Below, in pieces: positions 17,440 through 32,310 of a stretch of 64,000 bases of DNA (position 1 is its first letter; every line of letters begins with the position of its first letter). A program made the translations under genes and the position numbers. Source of the DNA: the human T2T-CHM13v2.0 reference genome, Homo sapiens. The notes below the pieces were generated by a model, which worked only from the letters and a program-made list of their open reading frames with translations, searched no databases and was not told the DNA's origin. Location of the stretch: the NCBI RefSeq assembly GCF_009914755.1, contig NC_060925.1. One strand, given 5' to 3'.

Positions 17440-18030
17440 TTTAGAAACTGACCAAATGCTAGCCCATTAAAGCAAGTCTCAATAATTTCTAAGAATGAGT
17501 ATCACATAGGTTTTATACTCTAACCACCACTCAAATAAGGCAAAAATCAATGACAATTAAAAAAACTTATAAATAACATGTAAGTTGGCAAAGATTTCAT
17601 GACAGATCCTAGACAATAAATAGAATTAAAGAGAAATAACAATAATTCATATGAAAATTTTTACATTACAGCTAAAGCAGTACTTAGAGGCAAATTAATA
17701 GCTTTAATTTTAGTGGTTATTTCAGAAAACTTAAAAAGACTGAAAAGTAATGTGCTAACATACAGCTTAAGAAATTAGGAAGAAATAACAGAATAAAACC
17801 AAAGATAGTAGAAGAGAAAAGGTAATAAAGAAGGTAAATCGATGGAATAGAAAATAAAGAAATTATAAATAAAGTAAATAAAACCAAAATTGATTCTTTA
17901 AAAAGATTAACAAAATACCAATGTCTAGTGAGATCGATCAAGAAAAATGAGAGCAAACACAAATAAACTATATTTAGATGAAAAATGATATGTTGCAGAT
18001 ACAGTAGAGATTACATGGATAATGAAAAGT
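17440..18030 (+). mobile_element. Old L1 ORF2 fragment
   Basis: gctaaagcagtacttagaggcaaattaatagc and aaaagattaacaaaat are homologous to L1 ORF2. Confidence 0.75.
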
Positions 18031-18211
18031 TAATTTGATCCTTTCAAGATTTGATTTTAAGATGTTTTAGAGAAGATCTAGAATGACCTTTGTTCAAAGA
18101 GTAATTTAGTCCCATTAAGGCATTGTTTCTGCAATCTCTACTGAATGCTTCCTCTTGGATTCTTGGTCCTGAACATGCACAGTTCATGAGTAAGCCAAAA
18201 ATTTGAGAAGA

Positions 18212-18336
18212 GTTTTTTTTGTTTTGTTTTGTTTTGAGATGTGGTCTCACTATGTTGCCCAGGCTGGACTTGAACTCCCGGCCTCCAAGGGATCCTCTTA
18301 TCTCAGCCTTTTAGTAGCTAGAATTACAGATGCAGA
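18212..18336 (-). mobile_element. FLAM (free left Alu monomer)
   Basis: ggtctcactatgttgcccaggctggacttgaactcc...gaattacagatgc, about 125 bp. Confidence 0.85.
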
Positions 18337-18829
18337 GAATTTACCCATCAGTATGGAGGCTCCCCTACTGTGGTACCATCATATTTTAGATTTCTCGTCC
18401 ATTCTCCATTGCCTTAGATCATTAAAACTGCATCCTTCTGTTGATTTTTATATTTTACGCAGAGTGTCATTGTTATTGGAAGGAAGGTTAGTCTGATACA
18501 AGTTACTTACAAGGTTAGTCTGATCAAGCTGTAATTGTTATTGGCAGAGAGGTTAGTCTGATATAATACTGCTACCATTACTTGAACCTGAAACTAGTTC
18601 TTATGCTTGACATACTTAGAAAATGGTATACTTCCAATGGATTTTAAATATGAATTTAAATAGGTTAAATAGCAATTTTATTGCATTGTATTTAATATTG
18701 GAGATACTTCATTCTTTCAAACTTACATGTCTCTATTGAAACCTAGCCATTGTCCTTCAAAACTCTTAATTTTCTACCTCTTATACAAAATACTCTCTGA
18801 TTTTTAAAAAGTAATTCACCAGTCACTGA

Positions 18830-19490
18830 TGAATGTTTTACACACATTATTTTGTTCAAGCCCAACAACAGCCTAAAAAGGAAGTAGTATCTCAACCCTC
18901 ATGTTGTAGCTGAAGGCAGCTTAGAGAGAAGAAATAATGTGGCCAGTATTACACAGCTTAGAAACTAAGAGATCTGGGATTTGAACCAAATATTCTGTGT
19001 ATACTCTTGGACATTATGCTACTGCCTCTTGGCATAATTCTCTAGCCAGAAGTAATTTCTCTTTTCTTTAAATTCCCTTAGCACATTAAATACTTTTGGC
19101 CATTAATCATACTCTGTTTCATTATTGAAGTATGTTTTCATTCCACTGCAGGCCATATCTTATTTATGACTTTCCAAGATAAATTGTAAAACAGACTTGG
19201 ATTCAAATCCCAATCTCACTTACTGGTTGACACTGTACAAAATCACATAATTTCTCTCTCTCTGTTTTAACTCGTAGAGTGAAAACTATAACATTACATA
19301 TAGGTATTGTGAAAATTAAGTAATGTACTCCTAGCAAGCATCACTAAGTGGCAGCTGGTATTGTTCAAGTTTCTTAGAGCCCTTAACTCATTGCTCAGTG
19401 CTTTCTCATGTAACATCTTATTAAATCACCACAACAACCATGAGGTCGTTAGTATCTCCATTTTCCAAGAAAGAAAACTGGTATTTTACA
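18830..19490. mobile_element. Cluster of MIR fragments (~18830-19030, ~19190-19360, ~19390-19490)
   Basis: MIR core motifs ctgggatttgaacc, ggattcaaatccc and ccattttccaagaaagaaaactg. Confidence 0.6.
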
Positions 19491-22420
19491 GGGACAGTAG
19501 ACTTTCAATAACTGTTTCTAACTGAATGACTCTTAGCATGGCCTTTAAATGCCTCTCCAGACGCACAGACTCTTTTACCTTCCCCGTTACATGGGGCCAA
19601 GGTGAAAGGTTGGGTATCAGCTCTCAAATCAATCTTTGAAAGTGAAAGCAGTTGACCCTTTGCCAGTATTCTCTGGTCTTACTGACTTCCCGCAGTGAAA
19701 CCTTTATTTTGAAACAGGACTCCAGAGTCACCACTGTCTAAAGGACAAAAATAATGTCATTAACTCTGTTTGTTTTGTTTGGGATAAAGTGACCTGAGCT
19801 CATAACAAATGTCCTCTTGTTAGCAAATGGAAATGCATAATTAAGACAGCTTTTCCACCACTTTTAATGAGCATCGAGCTTCCTCTCTACTTCTCTTTTG
19901 CTTTTTTTTAATGAGATACCAATTTCCTCCTGCTCAGCATTCACTGATACTTTAAGCAATAAAAGACAGCTTTAATTTTCATCTTAGTGTGAAGTTTTGG
20001 TATTAATTTATTCATCTGTGACCTGCACCACACTCTTCTCATGCTAAATGGCCTGTTAATCTTTAAAAATTAACAAAGTGTCTCAGACCAAAAAATGAAA
20101 GAGAGAGGAAAAAAGAAATGAAAGAGAAAAAGCTTAGGAAAAGAAAGAAGGCTTCTACTTAGGTTAATATGGAAACATTGATATTTCATCTTGCTGCCTA
20201 CAACTTCAGCATCCTCTGAAAACACAAGGCCACAATGAAAACTTTTTCCTGGGTTCCCACAACTCCTCTTCAATTAGAATCCAAGTGTAATGCAGCCTGT
20301 CCGGACTGAGATGTTGGTTAGGGTCTGGCTGATGTAAATGGAGACCCTGCTGTGAGGCCAGGAGCAGCAGGCAGCCCCTCGAAGTATAGGTGGTGAAGGG
20401 CAGAGAAAAGGGTTTTTTTAAAGACTGTAGAATCAGCTCAGCCCAGCTGCTGTCTGCCATCTGGAGAGAGGCAGCCTTGGCAGATTTGGGCAGAAAACTG
20501 CTTATTTATGAAAATATATACATATATTTAGAACTTCAATAGCTCTTTAAAGACTTTCAGAAGTCCTAGTGTTGAGTGTAAAGATAATTTAGATTAGCAC
20601 TCGGTAAAAATCTATACCTTGCTCTGTATATTTTGCTTCTCTTTATCCCATTCTTATAGTGGTAGTTGTAGATCATATGCCTTTATTAAGTTAGGTAAAC
20701 TGTTTCTGACCAAAGATGCACTAACTTCCACCTTAATCTGTCATGGCACTTTTCTTCGTTTCTCTTCTGCCTTGACAGGCTCTTTAATCATCATCATGAT
20801 TATACTTCACATTTTAAAAACATAGTTATTGGATGTAATTCATATACTATAAAATTTACTCATGCAAAGTATGCAATTCAATGGTTTTTAGGATATTCAG
20901 GGAGGTAAGCAAACTTCACCATAATCTAAGTTTGGAATATTTTCTTTACCCTAAAAAGAAACCCTGAGCCATTAGCAATCACCCTCTATTTCTCTCCTAT
21001 CCCCATTCCCAGCTGTAGGCAACTAGTAATCTTCTGTCTGTCTCTATGTATTTGCCCATTCTGGACATTTCATATAAATTGAATGATAGGATATATGGTA
21101 TTTTGTCTGTGGCTTCTTTCAATTGGCACAATGTTTTCAAGGTTTATCCATGTTGTAGCATGTATCAGTACTTCATTCCATTTTATGACTGAAAACTATT
21201 CCATTATATGGATATATCACATTTATTTATTATCCATTTGTCAGTTGATAGACATTTGTTTTTTTTCCCATTTTTTAACTATTATGAATAAAGCTGTTAA
21301 GAAAATTCAAGTTTTTGTGTGGAACATTCAATAGTAGAGCTGGGTTGTTTGGTAGCTCTATACTTAACATTTTAAACTTGAAAGAAGTACTTTTTCCACT
21401 TTACATTTTCACCATGAATGTAAGAAGGTTTCAATTTCCTCATATCTTGGCTGACACTTGTGATTACCTGTTTTGTGGTCATAGTTATCTTAGTGGGTGT
21501 GAGGTAGTATCTCATTGAGGCTTTGATTTGTCTTTCCCTAGTGGCTAATGATGTTGAGCATTTCTTAATATATTCATTGGTCATCTGTATATGTTCTTTG
21601 GATAGGTGCTTATAAAAATCAATTACCCATTTTTAATTGAGTTGTCTTGTTATTATTGAGTTGTGAGAACTCATTATGTTTTCTGTACATCAGTCTCTTA
21701 TCAGATATGCGAGTTGCAAATACTTTTTCCCATTTTGTCAATTGTCTTTCCACTTTTTTGATGGCATCATTTGCCGAACAAAAGTTTTCAATTTTGATGA
21801 AGTTCAATCTATCTATTTTTTATTTTGTTGCCTTTCTACAGCCTAATCCAGGGATATGCTTTCCTCTAAGGATTTTACAGTTTTAACTTTTAAATTTAGG
21901 TCTCTGACCCATTTTGAATTCATTTTTGTGTATATTGCTAGGAAGGTGTCTAGCTTCATTCTTTTGCATGTCGAAATCCAGTTGTCCCAGTGTTACTTGT
22001 TGAAAAGATTAGTCTTCTTCATTGGATTATCTTGGTGCTTTTGTTGAAAATCAATTGATTGTAAGTAGAAAGGTTTATTTCCAGGCTCTCAATTCTATTC
22101 CATTGACCTATATATCCATCCTTATGCCAGTAACACACAGTCCTAATTACTGAAACTGAGTAAAATTTTGAAATCAGAAAGTGTGAGTCCTTCAATTTTG
22201 CTATCCTTTTCTAGTTTTACTATTCTGGGATGTTTGAATTTCCATATGAATTTTAGGTTCTGCTTGCCATTTTTGCAGAAAAAAAGGAGTGGAGATTTTG
22301 ACAGAGATTACACTTAAGTCTGTAGATCAATTTAGGGAGTATTAACATTTTAATAATATTAGGTTTTCCTATCCATGAACATAGGATGTCTTTTAATTTA
22401 TTTAAATTTTTTAAAATGCT

Positions 22421-22805
<385 letters not shown>

Positions 22806-22849
22806 TTATTATTCTCAATATTGACTTCTACATGATTTTTATTTTAAAA

Positions 22850-24113
22850 AAACCTTTTATTTTAGATACAGGGCTACAAGTACAGGTTTGTTACACAACA
22901 ATATTGTCTGATGCTGAAGTTTTGGGTATATAGCCCATCACCCAGGTAGTGAACATAGTATCTAATAGGTAGTTTTTCATCCAAAACCCACCTCCCTCCC
23001 TCCTCTCTCTAGGAGTTGACAGTGTCTATTGTTCCCAAATTTATGTCCATATGTGTTCAATGTTTAGATCCCACTTATAAGTGAGAACATATGGTATTTG
23101 GTTTTCTCTTCTTGCATCAATTTGCTTAGGATTATGGCCTCCAACTGGATCCATGTTATTGCAAAGGTCGTGATTTCATTCCTTTTTATGGCTGCATAGT
23201 GTTTCATGGTATATATGTATCACATTTTTAAAATCCAATCTACCATTAATGGGCACCTGGGTTGATTCCATGCCTTTGCTATTATGAATAGCACAGTGAT
23301 GAACGTACAAGTGCATGTGTGTTTTTGGTAGAATGGTTTATTTTACTTTGGGTATATACCCAGTAATGAGATTGCTAGGTCAAATGGTAGCTCTGTTTCA
23401 TGTTCTTTGAGAAATCTCCAGACTGCTTTCTATAGTAGCCAGACTAATTTGCATTCCCACCAACAGTGTATAAACTTTCCTTCTTTTCCACAGCCTTGCT
23501 AGCATCTGTTCTTTGACTTTTTATGATAGCCATTCTGACTGGTATGAGATGGTATCTCATTATGGTTTTGACTTTTTTCATATGATTGTGCATATGAATA
23601 CTGAGCATTTTTTCATATGTTTGTTGGCTGCTTATATGTGTTCTTTTGAGAAGTGTCTGTTCATGTTTTTTGCCCATTTTTTAATGGGGTTGTTTTTTGC
23701 TTGTTGATTCATTTAGGTTCCCTATAGATACTTGATATTAGGCCCTTGTCAGATACACAGTTTGTGGTATCCTCTCCATTTTTTAGGTTGTCTGTTTACT
23801 ATGCTAATAGTTTCTTTTGCTGTGTAGAAGCTCTTTAGTTTAATTAGGTTCCTCTTGTGTATTTCTGTTTATACTGCAATTGCTTTTGGAGACTTAGCCA
23901 AAAATTCTTTGCCAAGGCCAATGTTGAGAAAAATATATCATAGGTTGTCTTCTAGAATTTTTATAGTTTGAGGTTTTAATTTAAATATTTAATCCATTTT
24001 GAGCTACTTTTTCTGTATGGTGAAAGGAAGAAGTCCAGCTTCAGTGTTCAGCTTATGATTAGCCAGTTATCCCAGCATCATTTATTAAATAGAATGTCCT
24101 TTCCCCATTTACT
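22850..24113 (-). mobile_element. 5'-truncated L1PA15/16-like element nested in L1MB
   Basis: 3'UTR gtgtctattgttccc...tttagatcccacttataagtgagaacat. ORF 23444-23677(-) resembles the ORF2 C-terminus. Confidence 0.85.
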
Positions 24114-24344
24114 CCTTTTACATTACTGTAAATAAAATTGTTTTCTTATTTTTATTTTTGGCTTGTTCATTGCTTATATATAGAAATACAATTGATTTTT
24201 GTAAAATGATCTAGTATTCTGCAGCCTTGCTGAACTTATTTCTTAGTTCTAAAAGTTTCTTTAGTGAAATCATAGGGTTTTCTATACAAGATCCTATCAT
24301 CTACAAATGGAGATAGTTTTACTTTCTCCTGTCTAATCTAGATT

Positions 24345-24467
24345 TCTCTTTTTCTTTTTTCTTTCTCCTTTCTTTCTTTCCTTTCTTTCTTTCTTTCCTT
24401 TCTCTCTCTTCCTTTCCTTTCCTTTCTTTTCCTTTCCTTTATTTGCCTTTCCTTTTTTCTTTCTCCT
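24345..24467 (+). repeat. (CTTT/CCTTT)n polypyrimidine simple repeat
   Basis: Direct reading. Confidence 0.9.
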
Positions 24468-25022
24468 AATTAGCCTAGCTGAACATCCAGTACTACAATA
24501 GCATTTGAATACTGAACAGATGCAATTAAATAGAGGTATTGAATAGAGCTAGTGAGAGCAGGCATCTTGTCTTTTTCTTGCTCTAGTTATGCATTTTTTA
24601 TGTAATACTCCTCATCATATTGAAGAAGTTCCCTTCTGTTCTTAGTTTGTTGAGCATTTTATAATAAAATGTGTTGAATTTTGTTAAATAAGTTTTCTGC
24701 ATCTGTTGAGTTGACCACGTGATTTTCATCCCTTCTTTCCATTAATATGGTGTATTGCATCAATTTATTTTTGTATGTTGACCATCCTTGCATTCCTAGA
24801 ATAAATCATTAGGAAATTTTCTTGTTTTAATGGATACTGGATTTGGTTTGCTAGTATTTTGTTACAGACATTTGAATTTATATTCATAAAGGATATTGGT
24901 CTAGAGTTTTATTTTCTTGTGATATCTTTGCCTGGTTTTAGTGTCAGGGTAATACTGGCTTCATAAAATGAGTTGATAAATGTTCTCTCTTTTTCTGTTT
25001 TGGGAGAGTTTGTGAATGATTG

Positions 25023-25381
25023 TGTCTTAGTCTGTTTTGTGTTGCTATAGCAGAATAGCACAGACTTTATAAAGAAAAGAAATTTATTTCTCACAGCTCT
25101 GGAACATGGGATGTCAAATATCTCAGTGCTAGCACCTGACAAAGGCCTTCTCACTGCATTACACCATGGCAGAAGGTGAGAGAAAGAGCAAGAGAAAAAT
25201 CAAGGAATCAAACTCACAGACTCAAGTCTTTTTATAACTGACACTAATCCATTTGTGAGGATAGAGCCTTCATGACACTCAACACCTCCCATTAGGCCAC
25301 ACCTCTCAACACTGTTACATTAGAGATTAAGTTTTTAACACTTTTTTTTTTTTTTTGGTGAGATACATTCAAACCATAGCA
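25023..25381 (-). mobile_element. MaLR solo LTR (MSTC/MSTD-like)
   Basis: Termini tgtcttagtc...acattcaaaccatagca; internal atttatttctcacag and ccattaggccacacctc. Confidence 0.85.
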
Positions 25382-25714
25382 GGGTACTAATTCTTCTTAA
25401 ATGTTTGGTTTTTATTCACTATTACAATGAATCTGGAACTAGGCTTTGCTTTGTCAAATGTTTTAAAATTATTAATGAGATCTCTTCATTTTCTGTTGGT
25501 CTATCCATATTTTCTATTTCTTCCTGAGTCAGTTTTAGTGATTTATGTTTCTCAGAATTCTCAATTTTCTCCAAGTTATGTTTTTTGTTGGCATATATTT
25601 GCTCATGATATTCTCTAATATGCCTTTTTATTTATTTAAGGCTGGTAGTCATGTCTTTTATTTCATTTCTGATTTTAGTAATTTGATTATTCTCTCTTTT
25701 CTTTTTCAGCTTAG

Positions 25715-26094
<380 letters not shown>

Positions 26095-26564
26095 AATTAC
26101 TTACTTTTAATATTAGTACTTTTTAGTTTAAAGCACACATTCACGTCTAGCCACTTCCAACTTCTCCCATGAGATCAAGAGATTGTCCTCATTTCATGTA
26201 TCTTCTTTAAACTGTCTCTTCATTGATATCCTGTACCCCAGTCACCCAGGCTGGTGTCACTTGAATAAATGTGGGTTATAGTGGCAACTATGTCCTATTA
26301 CTTGTCAGTCTCTCAAACCAACTACACAGCTTATCAGCACTGAATGAAAGAGAAAGAAGAACTAAGAAAGAAGTGGAAAAGACAGAATCTAAATCTTGAA
26401 AGGACTGTCAGGGCTATATATCTCCCGTTTTTCAATGAACTTTGCTTCCTGACTTTCAGAATTGCTTTCTCTATCTTGTTTCTTAACTTTGTACATGAAA
26501 TCATGTTTTTGATGAACTAATTATACTATTGTTCAATACTGAGGTTACCAAATACTTGGCATGC

Positions 26565-29500
26565 TAATATGGTTTGGCTCTCTTTCTTCACCCAAATGTC
26601 ATGTTGAATTATGGTCCCAGTGTTGGAGGTGAGGTCTGATGGGAGGTGATTGGAGCATGAAGGTGACTGGAGCATGAAAATGGTTTAGCACCACTGACCT
26701 AGTGCTATCTCATGATAGAGTTCTCACAAGACCTGGTTGTTTTAAAGTGTGCAGCACTTCCCACTTTGCTCTCTTTCTTTTGCCAGCCATGTGAAGATAG
26801 TCCTGCTTCCCCTTCACCTTCTGCCATGATTATAAGTTTTCTGAGGCCTCCTCACCCATGCCTCCTGTACAGCCTGTAGAACTGTGAGCTGATTAAACTA
26901 GTTTTTTATAAATTACCTAGTCTCAGGTAGTTTTTTATAGCAATGTAAGAATGGATTAATATGGAAAACTGGTACCAGAGAAATGGGGCATTGTTATAAA
27001 GATACCTGAAAATGTGGAAGCAGCTTTGGAACTGGGTAATGGGCAGAGATTGGAACAGTTTGGAGGGCTCAGAAGAAGACGGAAAGATGAGGGAGAGTTT
27101 GAAACTTCCTAGAGACTTGTTGAATGGTTGTGATCAAAATGTTATAGTGATATGGACAATGAAGTCTAGGCTGAGGAGGTCTCAAATAAAAATGAGAAAC
27201 TTATTGGTAACTGGAGCAAAGATCCCTCTTGCTATGCTTTAGCAAAGAGACTAGCAGCCCTGTGCTCTGCCGCTGAGATCTGTGGATTTTTGAACTTGAG
27301 AGTGATGATTTAATGTACCTGGTGGGAGAAATTTTAAAGCAGCAAAGCATTCAAGGTGTGGCCTGGCTGCTTCTAACAGTGTATGCTCATATGCTTGCAC
27401 AAAGAGATTTTCTGAAACTGGAACTTATATTTACAAAGAAAGCAGAGCATAAAAGTTTGGAAAATTTTGCAGCCTGACCATGTAATAGAAAATAAAAGCC
27501 TATTTTCTGAGAAGAAATTCAAGCCTGCTGCAGAAATTTGCATAAGTGAAAAGGAACCAAATATTAATAGCCAAGACAATGAAAAAAAAAGCTTCCAAGG
27601 CATTTCAGAGACCTTTGTGGCAGCTCCTCTCATCACAGGCCCGGAGACCTAGGAGAAAGAAAATGGTTTCATGGTCCAGAATTAGGGCCTCACTTCTCTA
27701 TACAGCCTTGGGACATGGCACCCTGTTTCCCAGCCACACCAGTTCCAGCTGTGCCTAAAAGGGACCAAGGTACAACTCAGACTGTTGCTTCAGAGGGTGC
27801 AAGCCCCAAGCCTTGGCACCTACCACATGGTATTAAGCCTGTGGGTGTGCAGAAGGCAAGAATTGAAGCTTGGGGGCTTCCACCTAAATTTCAAGAAATA
27901 TATGAAAATGCCTGATGTCCGAGCAGATGTTTGCTGCAGGGGCAGAGCCCTCATGGAGAATTTCTACAAGGGCATTGCAGAGGGAAAATGTAGGGTCAGA
28001 GCCCCACATACAGAGGGGCACTGTATTAGTCCATTTTCACACTGCTGATAAAGACATACCTGAGACTGGGCAATTTACAAAAGAAAGAGGTTTAATGGGC
28101 TTACAGTTCCACGTGGCTGGGGAAGCCTCACAATCATGGTGGAAGGCAAGGAGGAGCAACTCACATCTTATGTGGATGGCAGCAGGCAAAGAGAGAGAGC
28201 TTGTGCAGGAAAATTCCTATTTTTTAAACTATCAGATCTTGTGAGACTCATTCCCTATCACGAGAACAGCACAGGGAAGACCCACCCTCATAATTCAATC
28301 ACCTCCCACTGGGTTCCTCCCCTGACATGTGGGAAGTGTGGGAGTTACAATTCAAGGTAAGATTTGGGTGGAGACAGAGCCAAGCCATATCATTCTGCTC
28401 TTGGCCCCTCCCAAATCTCATGTCCTCACATTTCAAAACCAATCATCCCTTCCCAACAGTCTCCCAGAGTCTTAATTCATTTTAATATTAACCCAGAAGT
28501 CCACAGTCCAATGTCTCATGTGAGACAAAGCAAGTCCCTTCTGCCTTTGAGCCTGTAAAATCAAAAGCAAATTGGTTACTTCCTAGATACAATAGGGGTA
28601 TAGGCATTGGGAAAGTACTGTCATTCCAAAAGGGAGAAATTGGACAAAACAAAGGGGCTACAGGCCCCATGCAAGTCCAAAATCCAGCAGGGCAGTCAAA
28701 TCTTAAAGCTCCAAAATGATCTCCTTTGACTCCATGTCTCACATCCAGGTCATGCTGATGCAAGAGCTGGGTTCCTATGGTCTTTGGCAGCTCCACTTCT
28801 GTGGCATTGCAGGGCACAGCCTCCCTCCTGGCTTTCACAGGCTGGCGTTGAGTGTCTGTGGCATTCCCAGGCACACTGTGCAAGCTGTCAGTGGATCTAC
28901 CATTCTGGGGTCTGGAGGACAGTGGCCCTCTTCTCACAGTTCCACTAGGCAGTGCCACAGTAGGGACTCTGTGTAGGGGCTGGCTCCAGTCTCACATTTC
29001 CCTTCTGCACTGACCTAGCAGAGGTTCTCCATGAGAGCCCTGCTCCTGCAGCAAACTTCTTCCTGGACATCCAGACATTTCCATACATCTGAAATCTAGG
29101 CAGAGGTTCCCAAACCTCAATTTTTGATTTCTCTGTGCCTGCAGGCTCAACACCACGTGGAAGCTGCCAAGGTTTGGGGCTTGCATCCTTCGAAACCATG
29201 AGCCAAGCTGTACCTTGGCCCCTTTTAGCAATAACAGGAGTGGCTGCAATGCAGGGCACAAAGTCCCTAGGCTGCACACACCATGGACACCTGGGGCATG
29301 GCCCACAAAACAATTTTTTCCTACTAGGCTTCTGGGTCTGTGATGGGAAGTGTTGCCATGAAGACCTATGACATGCCCTGGACACATTTTCCCCATCGTC
29401 TTGGGGGTTAACATGTGGCTCCTGGTTATTTATGCAAATTTCTGCAGCCAGCTTGAATTTCTCCTCAGAAAATAAGTTTTTCTTTTTAACTACATCGTCA

Positions 29501-31338
29501 GGCTGCAAATTTCCTGAACTTTAACGCTCTGTTTTCCTTTTAAAATTGAATCTTTTTAACAGCACCCAAGTCAACTCTTGAATGCTTTGCTGCTTAGAAA
29601 TTTCTTCTGCCAGATATCCTACATAATCTCTCTCAAGTTAAAAGTTTCACAAATCTCTAGGGCAGGGACAAAATGCCACAAGTCTTTTTGCTAAAACACA
29701 GCATAGCTACCTTTGCTCCAGTTCCCAACAAGTTCCTCATCTCCATCTGAGACCACCTCAGCATAGACCTTATTGTTCATATCGCTATCAGCATTTTTGT
29801 CAAAGCCATTCAACAAATCTCTAGGAAGTCCCAAACTCCCACATTTTATTGTCTTCTTCTGAGCTCTCTGAACTGTTCCAACCTCTGCCTGTTACCCATT
29901 TCCAAAGTCGCTTACACATTTTTGGGTATCTTTCTAGTAGTGCCCCACTCCTGGTACCAGTTTACTGTATTAGTCCATTTTCATGCTGCTGATAAAGACA
30001 TACCTGAGACTGGGCAATTTACAAAACAAAGAGGTTTAATGGACTTAGAGTTCCACATGTCTGGGGAAGCCTCACAATCATGGGGGAAGGCAAAGAGGAG
30101 CAAGTCACATCTTACATGGATGGCAGCAGGCAAAGAGAGAGAGCTTGTGCAGGAAAATTCCCATTTTTAAAGCTATCTGATCTTGTAAGACTCAATCCCT
30201 CCAATCATAAAAACAGCTCAGGAAAGACCCACCCCCATAATTCAATCACCGCCCACTGGGTTCCTCCCACAACACATGGGAACTGTGAGGGTCACAATTC
30301 AAGATGAGATTTGGGTAGGGACACAGCCAAACCACATCAGGCACTGTGCAGTGGAGCTGTGAGAAAAGGACCACCATCTTCCAGACCCCAGAATGATAAT
30401 TCACTGGCAGCTTGCACTGTGCACCTGGATAAGCCAAAGGCACTCAACTCTAGCCTGTGAAAGCCCTGGGGGATGTACCCTGCAGAGCCACAGGGACAGA
30501 ACTGCCCAAGGCCTTGGGAGCCCACTCCTTGCATCAGCATGCCCTGGATGTAAGACATGCAGTCAAAGGATATTATTTTGGAGCTTTAAGGTTTAATGAC
30601 TGCCCTGCTGGGTTTAGGACTTGCATGAGGCATGTAGCACCTTTGTTTTGGCCAATTTCTCCCTTTTGGAATGGGAGTATTTACCCAATGCCTGTGCCCC
30701 TATTGTATCTTAGAAGCAACTAAGTTGTTTTTGATTTTAGAGGCTCAAAGGAAGAAGGGACTTGCCTTGTCTCAGATGAGACTTTGGACTTAGACTTTTG
30801 AGTTAATGCTGGAATGAGTTAAGACTTTGAGGGATTGTTGGGAAGGCATGATTGTGTTTTGAAATGTTAGAAGGACATGAGATTTGGGAGGGGCCGGGGG
30901 TAAAATGATCTAGTTTCTCTCTGTGTCCCCACCCAAATCTCATGCTGGATTGTGATCTCCATTGTTGGAGGTGGGGCCTGGTGGGAGGTGATTTCTAATG
31001 GTTTAGCACCATTCCCCTAGTGCTGTTTCATAATAGCATTCCCATGAGATCTGGTTGTTTAAAAGTGTGTAGTAGACCCCCTTTGCTTTCTCTCTGGTGC
31101 TGACCATATGAAGTGTGCCTGCTTACCTTTTGCCTTCAATGATTGTTAGTTTCCTGAGACCCCCTCAGAAGCCAGAAGCCTATAGACACCTGGCTATAAA
31201 ACCTCTATTCTTTATAAATTACAATTTATAATAATATCATATAGGCTCTATTCTTTATAAATTAAACCTCCCTTCTTTATAAATAAATTACCCAGTCTCA
31301 GGTATGTCTTCATAGCCATGTGAGAATGGACTAATACA
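26565..31338 (+). mobile_element. Complete MSTA-type MaLR provirus: 5'LTR 26565-26961, internal 26962-30905 (interrupted by THE1), 3'LTR 30906-31338
   Basis: Two homologous LTRs (aatggtttagcacc, ends ...ggactaataca). Internal region starts gaaaactggtacc. Purine-rich tract precedes the 3'LTR. TSD catgc / catac. Confidence 0.92.
28022..30339 (-). mobile_element. Complete THE1 (THE1A/B) provirus: LTRs 28022-28392 and 29966-30339, internal 28393-29965
   Basis: Both LTRs begin tgtattagtccattttca and end ccayatca. Perfect 5-bp TSD ggcac at 28017-28021 and 30340-30344. Confidence 0.96.
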
Positions 31339-31449
31339 CATACATACCATTGCCTCTCTGTCCCTTGCCCATGGCAGACATAACAAATTTATGCTAAGCT
31401 CTGATGTGGCTTTACTGTTCTTCTTAAAACAAGACTCCACATAAATACT

Positions 31450-32310
<861 letters not shown>

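Noticed and set aside
28113-28127. PRDM9 hotspot motif in THE1 LTR
   Set aside because: The minus strand reads CTTCCCCAGCCAC, not CCTCCCT-type CCNCCNTNNCCNC; the other LTR is further mutated.
27012-30723. Dense cluster of ORFs up to 187 aa
   Set aside because: All lie within MSTA/THE1 LTR or internal sequence; degenerate MaLR remnants with no intact gag or pol.
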